DNA from: Macrostomum lignano
Taxonomy: Eukaryota
Assembly: GCA_002269645.1 (NCBI GenBank)
Contig: NIVC01001164.1
Coordinates: 248,001 to 312,000 of the forward strand
DNA: 64,000 nt
Reading direction: 5' to 3'
The position numbers and the translations under genes were made by a program. Position 1 is the first letter of the stretch, and each line of letters starts with the position of its first letter. The notes beneath the pieces were generated by a model. The model did not search any database. It was not told the origin of the DNA and worked only from the letters and a program-made list of their open reading frames with translations. This document shows, piece after piece, positions 10,491 to 25,423 of the stretch.

Positions 10491-13476
10491 AAATGTAATT
10501 GTTGTTGTTTCTGCTGGCTTCTTTGCTGTCTTGGTGTGTCACCTTCGCTTACATCGGACGGAAATTCGAGGACGCTGTCAGGGACGCGATAGTCGCCGAA
10601 TACTGGCATCCGTTCGATCGGGCCAATTTGCCGTTGCGAAATATTTTTCATCCAGCTTGTCAATATTTTTTTAACTTGAACTGAAGCGTCAGCAACATAC
10701 AAGGCGAAACATTTGGCCTTGTATATTAAAAGCTGTTACTATCCTTAGTACGCATCTTATGCCGACGCACATTCGGAATCTAATAAGTTGAGCCATAGAC
10801 ACTGCAGCTTATACGCGCAGCAGTTTTTCTCGACCATGGATAATACAAGGACTACTTTAGTAGATGGACGGGAAACTAAGTTTCTTGAAAAATTTTAGGA
10901 GACAAAAGGTTTCGGAAATACATTACGGAGATTAGAAGGCAGACCCAATGTTCATATTTTGATGTCTTACCTACCTATTTTATCAATCTGTTACACATTT
11001 TGATACACAGCCAGCTAAGAATAATAAAATAGATTCATAAACCAATGAGCCGAGCCATTTTTATGATTTTTAGGCACATTACGTACAATTGTACACACAG
11101 GGTTTAAAATTAACATACAATCCTAATTTTCTAAACAAAAAGCTCTATCAATGTCAGCTATAAGAAATCCAAGACCTATCATAAGGTGAACATTGGGTCT
11201 GCCTCCTAAAAGTTTCCAAGAAACGTAGTTTCCCGTCCATCTACTAAAGTAGTCCTTGGCATAAAATACTTTTTTGATAAGTCGCTCTGCAGCAATTCAA
11301 GACTTGCAGAGAATCAAAGCAATTTAACTGAATATAAGTAACTAATTAATATAACGTTAATATTAATATATGCCTTCACCTTCTGTACCCGAATCCTCCT
11401 CGTCTCTGCAGAGCTCCTCTGGACAACAGTTGAAGGTGTTCGGCTTATACGGCGGCCAGAGTGCTCGCCAACAGTTGCGCGCCTTCGAGAATGTTGGCCA
11501 GGCCAATCGCAAAGTAGTGGTGGCCACTAACTTGGCCGAGACCTCCGTCACCGTGCCCGGAATTCGCTATGTTGTCGATTGCGGATTTCAAAAACTGCGC
11601 GTATTCGATCCGCGCACCGGCTTAGAGTCTCTGGCCGTCTGTCCGGTGTCAGCCTCGGCCGCTGAGCAGCGGGCCGGCCGGGCTGGTCGCACCCAGTCCG
11701 GCGCGGTGTACCGCCTCTACCCAGAGTCCGAGGCGGCTCGCCAGCTGCCCCACACCCCGGCAGAGCTGGAGCGATGCGATCCCAGCCCTCTGCTTCTGCA
11801 GTTGCTGTCCATGGGCGTTCGCGATTTGCGGCGATTCAACTTCCTAAGCGCTCCAGCACCCGGCGCTATGGCTCGCGCCTGCGAACTTCTGCGCGCGCTC
11901 GGCGCTCTCGATTCCGAGGCGCGTCTGACTTCGCTTGGCGCCAGAATGGCCGAACTGCCTGTGGCGCCGATGCTAGCGCGCAGTCTACTAGCTGGCGCGG
12001 AATTAGGCTGCGGCGCTGATATCTGCGGATTAGCCGCCTGTCTACAGGTAGATGTAGCTGATATCTGCGGATTAGCCGCCTGTCTACAGGTAGATGTAGC
12101 TGATATCTGCGGATTAGCCGCCTGTCTACAGGTAGATGTAGCTGATATCTGCGGATTAGCCGCCTGTCTACAGGTAGATGTAGCTGATATCTGCGGATTA
12201 GCCGCCTGTCTACAGGTAGATGTAGCTGATATCTGCGGATTAGCCGCCTGTCTACAGGTAGATGTAGCTGATATCTGCGGATTAGCCGCCTGTCTACAGG
12301 TAGATGTAGCTGATATCTGCGGATTAGCCGCCTGTCTACAGGTAGATGTAGCTGATATCTGCGGATTAGCTGTAGGTGTCTACAGGTAGATGTAGCTGAT
12401 ATCTGCGGATTAGCTGTAGGTGTCTACAGGTAGATGTAGCTGATATCTGCGGATTAGCTGTAGGTGTCTACAGGTAGATGTAGCTGATATCTGCGGATTA
12501 GCTGTAGGTGTCTACAGGTAGATGTAGCTGATATCTGCGGATTAGCTGTAGGTGTCTACAGGTAGATGTAGCTGATATCTGCGGATTAGCTGTAGGTGTC
12601 TACAGGTAGATGTAGCTGATATCTGCGGATTAGCTGTAGGTGTCTACAGGTAGATGTAGCTGATATCTGCGGATTAGCAGTAGGTGTCTACAGATAGATG
12701 TAGCTGATTACTGCGGATTAGCTGTAGTTGTCTACAGGTAGATGTAGCTGATATCTGCGGATTAGCCATAGGATTTACTATACCTAGTTTTTTTTGGGTA
12801 AACGGCTCGAGTAACCATTGCTGTAATATGATAAGCAAATGCTTCGTCATCTACTTAGAAAGAATTCCTACCTTGATTTAATTTACCTAATCAACCATTA
12901 CTTCTCCAAAAGGTGCGCGCCCTATTCCTGGTGCCGCAGCATCGCCGCAACGCGTCGAGACGGGCCAAGCGGACCTTCGCCTGCCAGGAGGGCGACCATC
13001 TGACCATGCTGAATGCGTTGCGCGCCTACGAGAGTCGAGCAGCTACTCTGGCGCCTCAGCGGCTGTCGCAATGGTGCGCCAAGCATTTCCTTAGCCAGCG
13101 CGCCCTGTCCCGCGCCTCCGAGCTGCGTCGTCGAATTCAGCTGGCGCTCGGCCTGCCGGACGCGCAGAAAGTGTCCGATTATCGATTGATCCTGCGCGCC
13201 CTGGCAGCCGGACACTTCGCCCAGGCGGCCCGGCTGCTGCCTAGCGGCGAACGATACGAAAGTCTGAGAGGCGGGCACCCACTCTACCTGCACCCGGGCT
13301 CAGTGTTGCACAGCGAGCGCTGGCCGCAATGCGTTGTATTCACCGATCTGGAGAGTGCCGGAGATAAATTCATGATGGAATCGGTTAGCTCTGTTGAGCC
13401 TGGCCTGCTGGTTGAACTGGCGCCGCATTACTATGCCTACGGCACCGAGGCTGAACGGCTTATGGGCTCCGTTTGA
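6692..13476 (+). CDS. DHX35: DEAH-box RNA helicase DHX35; exons 6692-6907, 7245-7505, 7770-8120, 11412-12047, 12913-13476 (675 aa)
   Basis: Motifs GEAGSGKST, TQPRRV, DEAH, SAT, FLTGQEE, ATNLAETSVT, QRAGRAGR, then HA2/OB-fold region. N-terminal YNP..SLEQQRQ.LPV is typical of DHX35. All four introns are GT-AG and phase 0, and the joined frame is open. The start codon is uncertain (an acceptor at 6680 suggests an upstream exon). Confidence 0.9.
8382..8722. mobile_element. MITE, copy 1 of a family also present at 25071-25423
   Basis: Ends gggagcacgagaa ... ttcttatggacccg, internal gcccgc subrepeats, 8-bp flanking direct repeat GTACATGT (8374-8381 and 8723-8730). Lies in DHX35 intron 3. Confidence 0.75.
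9146..10651 (-). CDS. Orphan low-complexity (Q/P/R/S-rich) protein, about 501 aa, nested antisense in DHX35 intron 3
   Basis: Uninterrupted GC-rich ORF (ATG 10651, TGA 9146; frame open from 10702) in AT-rich intron; polyQ and polyP tracts; AATAAA on the minus strand near 8880. No family recognised. Confidence 0.55.
10846..11258. mobile_element. MITE with 32-bp perfect TIRs
   Basis: CAAGGACTACTTTAGTAGATGGACGGGAAACT at 10846 and its exact reverse complement ending at 11258, extending imperfectly inward; flanks ggataata / gcataaaa (possible decayed 8-bp TSD). Confidence 0.8.
12015..12770 (+). repeat. Minisatellite spanning the DHX35 exon 4 donor: 8 x 42-bp then about 9-10 x 44-bp units
   Basis: Unit gctgatatctgcggattagccgcctgtctacag|gtagatgta = 33 exon nt + 9 intron nt; later units carry gctgtaggtgtctacag (44 bp). 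Confidence 0.95.
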
Positions 13477-14470
13477 GCAAAATTTGCACTTTTAGCGCTA
13501 ATTAGTTGGCGAGGCATTTATATTTTGTAATACAGTTATATTTACTCCTGCCGTTTACCCGTACATTTTTTGCAAATGGAGCCAGAATTTTTTGTGTCCA
13601 AGTCCCGCTCACAAGATGATCACTTCAGCAGCTGTTCCTGTCAAACTTCTTGTCTCGCCGGTGCATTTGTGGCAGAGAAAAATGAAAGAGAGCTGAGAGA
13701 ACATAGGTAAACCTTGAGCAGGCCGGATTGCTGCTGTAAAGTTTCAAAGGACCCGATGTCCGTTGTTTGCCGAGCCTTGATCTAAACGTTGATTATGATT
13801 TCTTTAACAATGAATCATTTTGTTTAACTACTTTTAGTAGGTACTTTTATTTCAATTCGCGTTTGTGTAAATACAAATACTGATTTGTGGATATCCCAGT
13901 GAAACTTTTTTCTTTCTTTTCTATCTTATTTCTATTAAAAATGATAATTATTATTAGGTATTAGTGATATTGCAGGAAGGCTGCGGGCACCACCCGGGCA
14001 CAACGCCCATCGTCCCACAACCAGCGCTGACGGCCATTCTGCCCATTCCGCTGACTCCTGAGCACATTCAAGCGCGCACTCACACACTCGCTCACACAGG
14101 GTGTACAGCGGCCTGACTTTCTAATCGTCAGGCATGTACACTCTCTGTGTCTTGGGATTGGCCCTTATGGGTGTGAATCGTGAATCACACGACAACCCCA
14201 AACCGGCCCCAAATTAATGTGGTCGCGCCAAATGTCAAATGTAGTCAAATGTACTACTAGCTAAATTAGCTAAGTAAGTGTTACTAGTAATCGAAAGTAT
14301 TTGAAAATAATTTTTGCCAAGTCTTCGAACCTCTACACACTATTCGACCTCCTTCGCCATCCCAGTCGGACGAATCTTCGCCGTCAATTCGCATTCAATG
14401 CGGCGACGGCGAGGAGCTTATCGCCAGTCGGGCCGACCTTGTACTGTCCGGCGGCGCCTATTTCTCGGCC

Positions 14471-17400
<2,930 letters not shown>

Positions 17401-17465
17401 GCTAGCGGAGCAAAATTTTTGTTGACTTTACGTTTACGTTTTGAAGAAGTAGTAAAGTGACGAAT

Positions 17466-17780
17466 GTGGGCAGGATTGTGGCGGAGTGGGGTGGGTGGTT
17501 AGGGGCAGGAATGTGGCGGAGTGGGGTGGGTGGTTAGGGGCAGGATTGTGGCGGAGTGGCGTGGGTGGTTAGGGGCAGGATTGTGGCGGAGTGGGGTGGG
17601 TGGTTAGGGGCAGGAATGTGGCGGAGTGGGGTGGGTGGTTAGGGGCAGGAATGTGGCGGAGTGGGGTGGGTGGTTAGGGGCAGGAATGTGGCGGAGTGGC
17701 GTGGGTGGTTAGGGGCAGGAATGTGGCGGAGTGGGGTGGATGGTTAGGGGCAGGAATGTGGCGAAGTGGGGTGGGTGTTT
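17466..17780. repeat. 35-bp G-rich minisatellite x9
   Basis: Unit ggcagga(a/t)tgtggcggagtggggtgggtggttagg. Confidence 0.95.
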
Positions 17781-18154
17781 TATGCCATCTAGCGTTATCT
17801 GCTCTTCCAATTATCTAACTTCATAGAGAGGGTCAAACATTTTCTAAGCAAATTTTCTGCACATACTCTACTGTACCGTATAATTGAGTGAGTCAAACTG
17901 CATGCTTTAAATTGCCATTTAATTGGCCTACGCTGTGATAAATCTTCGTGCCATTCTCTATCAATCGCGAGCGCATTTTAACCTTAACTGCATCCTGACA
18001 GATTACGTAATCAAATATATGCTTTCAGCAACTGCCGCATGATATTTTAATTTCTGTAAAGCAGGGGTAAAATTATTTTTTAAGAATTTTGTTGATGCCT
18101 TTAAAGTATCTTAATAAGCTCTATCTACATGTACCTGTGTCACCCTCCGTTGAA

Positions 18155-19925
18155 TCCACCGGGAATCGCCACTGAACTCCATCAGGAATCGCCACTGAAC
18201 TCCATTAGGAATCGCCACTGAACTCCATCAGGGAATTGCCACTGAACTCCATCAGGGAATTACCATTGAACTCCATCAGGGAATTGCCATTGAACTCCAT
18301 CAGGGAATTACCATTGAACTCCATCAGGGAATTGCCATTGAACTCCATCAGGAATTGCCATTGAACTCCATCCAGAATCGCCACTGAACTCCATCAGGGA
18401 ATCGCCACTGAACTCCATCAGGAATCGCCACTGAACTCCATCAGGGAATTGCCATTGAACTCCATCCAGAATCGCCACTGAACTCCATCAGGGAATCGCC
18501 ACTGAACTCCATCAGGAATCGCCACTGAACTCCATCAGGGAATTGCCATTGAACTCCATCCAGAATCGCCACTGAACTCCATCAGGGAATCGCCACTGAA
18601 CTCCATCAGGAATCGCCACTGAACTCCATCAGGGAATCGCCACTGAACTCCATCAGGGAATTGCCATTGAACTCCATCAGGGAATCGCCACTGAACTCCA
18701 TCAGGGAATCGCCACTGAATTCCATCAGGGAATTGCCATTGAACTCCATCAGGGAATTGCCATTGAACTCCATCAGGGAATTGCCATTGAACTCCATCAG
18801 GAATTGCCATTGAACTCCATCAGGAATCGCACTGAACTCCATCAGGGAATTGCCATTGAACTCCATCAGGAATTGCCATTGAACTCCATCAGGAATTGCC
18901 ATTGAACTCCATCAGGGAATTGCCATTGAACTCCATCAGGAATTGCCATTGAACTCCATCAGGAATCGCACTGAACTCCATCAGGGAATCGCCACTGAAC
19001 TCCATCAGGAATCGCCACTGAACTCCATCAGGGAATCGCCACTGAACTCCATCAGGGAATTGCCATTGAACTCCATCAGGGAATCGCCACTGAACTCCAT
19101 CAGGGAATCGCCACTGAATTCCATCAGGGAATTGCCATTGAACTCCATCAGGGAATTGCCATTGAACTCCATCAGGGAATTGCCATTGAACTCCATCAGG
19201 AATTGCCATTGAACTCCATCAGGAATCGCACTGAACTCCATCAGGGAATTGCCATTGAACTCCATCAGGAATTGCCATTGAACTCCATCAGGAATTGCCA
19301 TTGAACTCCATCAGGGAATTGCCATTGAACTCCATCAGGAATTGCCATTGAACTCCATCAGGAATCGCACTGAACTCCATCAGGGAATTGCCATTGAACT
19401 CCATCAGGAATCGCACTGAACTCCATCAGGGAATTGCCATTGAACTCCATCAGGAATTGCCATTGAACTCCATCAGGAATCGCACTGAACTCCATCAGGG
19501 AATTGCCATTGAACTCCAGGAATTGCCATTGAACTCCATCAGGAATTGCCATTGAACTCCATCAGGGAATTGCCATTGAACTCCATCAGGAATTGCCATT
19601 GAACTCCATCAGGAATCGCACTGAACTCCATCAGGGAATTGCCATTGAACTCCATCAGGAATCGCACTGAACTCCATCAGGGAATTGCCATTGAACTCCA
19701 TCAGGAATTGCCATTGAACTCCATCAGGAATCGCACTGAACTCCATCAGGGAATTGCCATTGAACTCCATCAGGAATTGCCATTGAACTCCATCAGGAAT
19801 CGCACTGAACTCCATCAGGGAATTGCCATTGAACTCCATCAGGAATTGCCATTGAACTCCACCAGGGAATTGCCACTGAACTCCACCAGGGAATTGCCAC
19901 TGAACTCCATCCAGAATCGCCACTG
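18155..19925. repeat. 24-26-bp minisatellite array
   Basis: Unit gaat(t/c)gcca(t/c)tgaactccatcagg(g); an internal 399-bp higher-order duplication is visible as identical ORF translations offset by 399 bp. Confidence 0.95.
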
Positions 19926-20903
19926 AGCTTCACCTGGAGTTCCTCAACCCTGAAATTTTGAGTATGATATCAGAAACCTAGGTTTAGTCCTATTATTCTA
20001 AAAGCTTTGGTCACCAGCAGTCACTTCTAGTTTAGTGTACAGCTATTCCGGAGAAAAAATTCAAGGTTGAAATTAAAGCACTTTACAATTAGAAATCGAA
20101 GAAAGCCGAAAACCTGCAACAGCAGCTTGTGCCGTGCTCTTTTGTCAAGAGCGTAAATTTCTTGCTCTGGGGGTGCCGCGTTTTTCAACAAGTCAAGTCA
20201 GAACTTTGCTCGCCACTTTCTCGCCAAGTATAAAATCTTAGCAAGGCAGAACACAGACTGGCGGCTACAGTGACTTTCATTCCTCTTCTAGGGGCAAGAT
20301 CTGCGCCACTGCGCTACTGTAACAGTTCCAAAACTAGAGCCGCTTAATTGCATTCTAATAGCCCGTGTTATTCGAGCGAGCCTTGTGCGAACAGGCCATC
20401 AAAGCTAAATTGTCGATGTGTCGAAATTGTCGAGATGCTTCGAAAGTTGGGGGAGAGAGAAACATTTTCGACTAATAGCTCGTAAGAGTTGCCTAATTAT
20501 CATATTTTATGCTGATTTAAGGGCGGTGATTTATAAGCATTGCAGTATTAAAAAAAATTGAAATTCCAGAGAACTGGTTTTAACAGAATACTGGTAGGCG
20601 AAATGCGAAGTTGTAAATCAAATTTGAATTTATCTATATTTATTTTGCTAGTCAATCCAATAGCAGCTGAGCAGCTAGCCGTGCTCGATCTAGTTTACCA
20701 CTGACTGCATAAAGTTTGTCTGAGTCTCGCCATACTCCGCCTAAGCGAAACTGCGCACCTGCTTTTAGGCTGAGAGAGACTTGACCGCCCTCCCAAATTT
20801 TCGTTGATAAATTCTGTAGCATTTTAATAGACTGCCAAAAGAGAGAGAGCTAACAGCGCCACTTTCGTAAGCCTAGTCTATCGACTTGACTGACTCAGTC
20901 GTC

Positions 20904-23900
20904 ATGAAACTAAACCAGCTTAGTCTGCGACCGAATGGAAGCAGCTCAGCCACCGCCGGACAGAGCACCCTGGCCGGACAGAAGCAGAAGCGAATGTCGC
21001 TGAACCGGCCAGAAAATGCTAGTCGCTTGGCCTGCTACTATGCCATGTTTCTCACACTGTGCGGTCTGGTGCTCACCATCTGCGTGCTGGAACACACCAA
21101 TAACTCCAGGTTTAGTCAGGCCGCGCAATGGACTCAGCTCGTCTTCTTTCTGTGCGTGCTCACAGGTATGATGGCGAGGTTCTCTTTGCAATTGTGCTCA
21201 CAGGTATGATGGCGAGGTTCTCTTTACAATTGTGCTCACAGGTATGATAGCGAGGTTCTCTTTGCAATTGTGCTCACAGGTATGATGGCGAGGTTCTCTT
21301 TGCAATTGTGCTCACAGGTATGATGGCGAGGTTCTCTTTGAAATTGTGCTCACAGGTACATTATGATGGCGAGGTTCTCTTTGCAATTGTGCTCACAGGT
21401 ATGATGGCGAGGTTCTCTTTGAAATTGTGCTCACAGGTATGATGGCGAGGTTCTCTTTGCAATTGTGCTCACAGGTATGATAGCGAGGTTCTCTTTGCAA
21501 TTGTGCTCACTGGTATGATGGCGAGGTTCTCTTTGCAATTGTGCTCACAGGTATGATGGCGAGGTTCTCTTTGCAATTGTGCTCACAGGTATGATGGCGA
21601 GGTTCTCTTTGCAATTGTGCTCACAGGTATGATGGCGAGGTTCTCTTTGCAATTGTGCTCACAGGTATGATGGCGAGGTTCTCTTAGCTTGTGCTCACCA
21701 AGTGTGATGGCGAGGTTCTTTTAGCTTGTGCTCACAGGTATGATGGCGAGGTTCTTTTAGCTTGTGCTCAAAGGTATCATGGCGAGGTTTTTTTAGCTTG
21801 TGCTCACCAAGTGTGATGGCGAGGTTCTTTTAGCTTGTGCTCACAGGTATGATGGCGAGGTTCTTTTAGCTTGTGCTCACAGGTTTGATGGCGAGGTTCT
21901 CTTAGCTTGTGCTCAAAGGTATGATGGCGAGGTTTTTTATCTTGGAAAATTTGGACTCCAATATGGGATGGGAATATTTCTTCTGATGGTCCCAAGTACA
22001 CTTTGGACAAACTTAGGTTTCCTATTCACAACTCTGCACCACAGTGGCTCTCGCCTTCCTGTTCTGGCTGATGGGTCACGTGATGCGCCTTCCGCCCCAG
22101 GCGGTGCCGCAGCGCCAGATCAGGGAGTTCCGAGGCAGGGCCAACTCCATCTCCGTGTACGCCGGAGGCTGTGCAACCGCCCCCGCCGCCTCCACTACCT
22201 CCGCCGCCGTTCCCGGCCAGTCTGTCTACATGGGCCGCCGCAACTCCGACGACATGCACGTGTACGACAACTTCCGCGATCCAAAGTACACCGTGCCCGA
22301 GGCCAGTCCGGAGGAGGAGGAGCGCGGCGATCAGGACGACGACGTAGAAACCGAGGGGGCGGCCGGCGGCAAGGCGGAGGGCAACGACAGCGGCGGCGGC
22401 GGGGTGGGCAACGCCGCTTACGTTGTTGACGAAGACGCGATCGCTCCGACGAGATCGATCGTCGAGTCGTTGTCGTCGTCTTCGTCAGCGCTGACCGCAA
22501 CAACAACGGTTTCCTCGTCGCCGTCGACAGCTCCGGCCGCGTCGATGCGACGACTGCAGATGCAACTGCCGAAGCCGCGGCCTCCTTCGGTGCCGTCGAC
22601 CCTGTCTCCGACGCTGTCCAGGTCGGAGCAGCAGCTGCACAGGAAGAACCGGCTGAACACCATCACCATCAACAGCGCCCTGGACCTGCACATCACAGAG
22701 ATCCCGCCCTACACCGTGCTAACCAAAGGCGAAGCTCATTCGCCCTCGTTTTTCTTGCGCATCGCCGCCATCGTGTTCGGCTGCGCAGGCGTGGTGAACA
22801 TGCTGGTGAAGGCGGTGGACGCCCTGCTTGGCCTGTCCAGCTCCAAGAGCCAAGCCCTGGAAGTTTTCACCGTCCTGCGCTGCCTGGTGAACATCGCCTT
22901 CAACTGCGTGCAAACATTTTTTCTGTTCAAATACAGCAAGATCTCCATCGCCTACAGACAGAAGGCCTGCCTGTTCGGCCTCATGCACCTGCTGGCCACC
23001 AACTTGTGCCTGTGGATCGGCGACCTCGGCGAGGAGAAGCTGCACAAGTACCACAAGCTGTACAGCGGCGCCAAGAACGGCAGCAGCGGCAAGCACAGCG
23101 GCAGCCTGTCCAGCCTCATGTCGCCCTACCTGTACCCCTTCAACATCGAGTACAGCCTGATGGCGGCCTTCTTCTGCCACGCCCTGTTCCGCAACGTCGG
23201 CACCTTCATCAGCCTGCTGGAGGGCCGCGGCCTGCACGTCGAGCGAAAAAGCCTGTCGATGCGCAATCGAACGAAGACTCGATTCAGCGTCAGTTGTCAC
23301 AAATCCACCAAGGGCCTGCTGCTCGGCATGGGTCTTGTACTGGCCGTTGTCTGCGTCTCAGCCTATGTGCTCAACCTCGAGGAGGTCAAAGGTAGCCGGG
23401 CTGGCGATTCGCGGAAAGAGAAACGGTTGATAATCTCCAGCGTGATGCTGACCCTGCAGGCGGTTCTGCTGGCTATGGTGATCCCTGTGGTGGTGGCGCT
23501 GCGTCGGCTGCCAAGCCAGCAGCAGCAGTGTCCGGTGGGCCACTCTGAGCAGCACTGCAGCGGCGGCGCCCTGGCCGACAAGCTCATGCTGCAGCTGGGA
23601 CTCGCCGCCGTGATCGTCTCGCAGCTGTACGTCCTGCTGGAGGTGGCGGCCAGCTGCAGCAGCGACAAACCGATCGTGGATCAGGCTGGCCTGGCCATCA
23701 GGGTCTGCGAAGCCCTTGCCATCATGCTGCAGAGCGCTCTGCAGGTGCTGGTGCTGGACCTTGGCCTCGAGCGCAGCTTCCACCTGGCACCGCCGATCAG
23801 CCAGGGCCTGGTGACCGCCCTGATACCGGCTAACCTGGCCGTGTGGGTTCTGTACACCTTGACCGGCCCCGTGAGCAGTCTGGACCAATCGGAGACGAGC

Positions 23901-24062
23901 AGAGTTATCTCCTCTCTCTGCCTGCCAGTTACTATCTTCTTTCGCTTCCATTCTGTTGGCTGTTTCGCCGAGCTGTGGAAAATTCTGCAACGGGCAAGCG
24001 AAAACAATGAGGTGGCATTTGAACTTAGCGGTGGGGTGATATCGACTATGACTGGTCGTTGA
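20904..24062 (+). CDS. OTOP: Otopetrin-family proton channel; exons 20904-21165, 22045-24062 (759 aa)
   Basis: Otopetrin signatures FFLRIAAIVFG, LMHLLATNLCLWI, PYLYPFNIEYSL, CHKSTKGLL, LPVTIFFRFHS..FAELWK; phase-1 GT-AG intron joins the frames. Symbol given at family level only. Confidence 0.88.
21156..21935 (+). repeat. 38-bp minisatellite spanning the otopetrin exon 1 donor, about 20 copies
   Basis: Unit gtgctcacag|gtatgatggcgaggttctctttgcaatt; the first 10 nt equal the exon end; units drift to a 37-bp variant distally. Confidence 0.95.
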
Positions 24063-24127
24063 GCGGATTTGTGGGTTAGCCTATCTCTCTATGAGCAAAG
24101 AGCAAGGCAGTAACGTTCATGGAGTAG

Positions 24128-24390
24128 GAAGTGAGGTGGGTGTCAAGAGGGGGTAGAGAGTGATGTGGGTGTCAATGGGGGGCAGGGAGTGAGGTGGGTG
24201 TCAACAGGGGGTAGGGGAGTGAGGTGGGTGTCAATGGGGGGCAGGGATTGAGGTGGGTATCAATAGGTGGTAGGGAGTGAGGTGGGTGTCAATAGGGGGC
24301 AGGGAGTGAGGTGGGTGTCAATAGGGGGTAGGGGAGTGAGGTGGGTATCAATAGGGGGCAGGTGGGTGCCAATAGGGGGTAGGGAGTGAT
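24128..24390. repeat. ~30-bp G-rich minisatellite
   Basis: Unit gggagtgaggtgggtgtcaataggggg(c/t)a. Confidence 0.9.
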
Positions 24391-25070
24391 TTTAACTTTT
24401 CAGCTGTTCAACTTTAAGCATGAGACAGAGAGAGTAATGCATGCGGTCCAAATTCATATTTAAAAAAAATACTCGTTACTACTACAAGTAAAATCATTGT
24501 AAATTTTGGCAGCGCCAACTAAAAATGTGCTGATTAGTATTGAATTTCAATTTAATTACCGCTTTATAATAGTTAATTTGCACCTACGAATATTAGAGAT
24601 TTGAGAGCTGATCTGCACTCGCAAGTTTATCGAGCTGTTTTTTGATGAAATGCCACCAGAGACCGGCAGACAACCAAAGTTCCGGCGAAATCTCAGCCAT
24701 CTCACCCTTGATTTTTTCTCAGCTTCTTTATTTTTTTAATTATTGCAAAACACTTTTGCCGTGAAATAATCGCCTCTTGATGACCAAAGCCGAACTCTTA
24801 TCTAAAAGCAATCTTTTTCTTCCGTCTAAGAGTACGTGCGTTATTATTCTATCACGCTACACCACATACTACTTACGGAAACTACTTACTTACGAGTATT
24901 AAACAATCCAATCTTTAAAAATCTATTCGCTTTTCAATCGTATTGCAGCATCAGCGACTGTGTTTGTCTCCTATTCATTTGTTAATTGACTTGGCCCTTA
25001 GCGGAGACTGCGTTCGAAGTGAGGGATGGGCAGAGGGGTGAGATAAGAGATGGAGAGAGAGGGGGATAGC

Positions 25071-25423
25071 GGGAGCACGAGAATTGCCCGCCGAGATTTG
25101 CCCGCAGTGCATTTTGTTCGTGAGCGAATTGCCCGTGAGCGAATTGCCCGCCGAGGTTTGCCCGCAATGCTTCTTTTTCTGCAATGCATTTAACCACACG
25201 GCAGATTTTGTCTGCATTGCCTTCCCAATGCTTAGTAATTAAATCTTAATTAAGAGATTTACACCATCAAAACGTTTTGATAGTAACTGCATATCAAATG
25301 CATTTTGGGGGGGGGGGGGGGGGGCAATACAGACAGAATCTAGCTGCCAAATGCGCTGCAGCAAAAAGCACTGCGGGCAAAACTCGGCGGGCAATTCGTC
25401 TGCGGGCATTTCTCATGGACCCG
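25071..25423. mobile_element. MITE, copy 2 (family of 8382-8722)
   Basis: Same ends and shared internal segment gcaga..ttgtctgcattgcc..aatgcttag..aagagattt; flanks gggatagc / gagatagc (7 of 8 match). Confidence 0.75.

Noticed and set aside
13576-13706. ATG-initiated 131-nt block with AG|GTAAAC donor as first exon of the BTB-Kelch gene
   Set aside because: It does not join in the BTB frame at the acceptors I tested (13976, 14321).
18535-19926. Multiple PDGVQWQF / LMEFNGNS ORFs
   Set aside because: Products of the 24-26-bp minisatellite, open in several frames on both strands.
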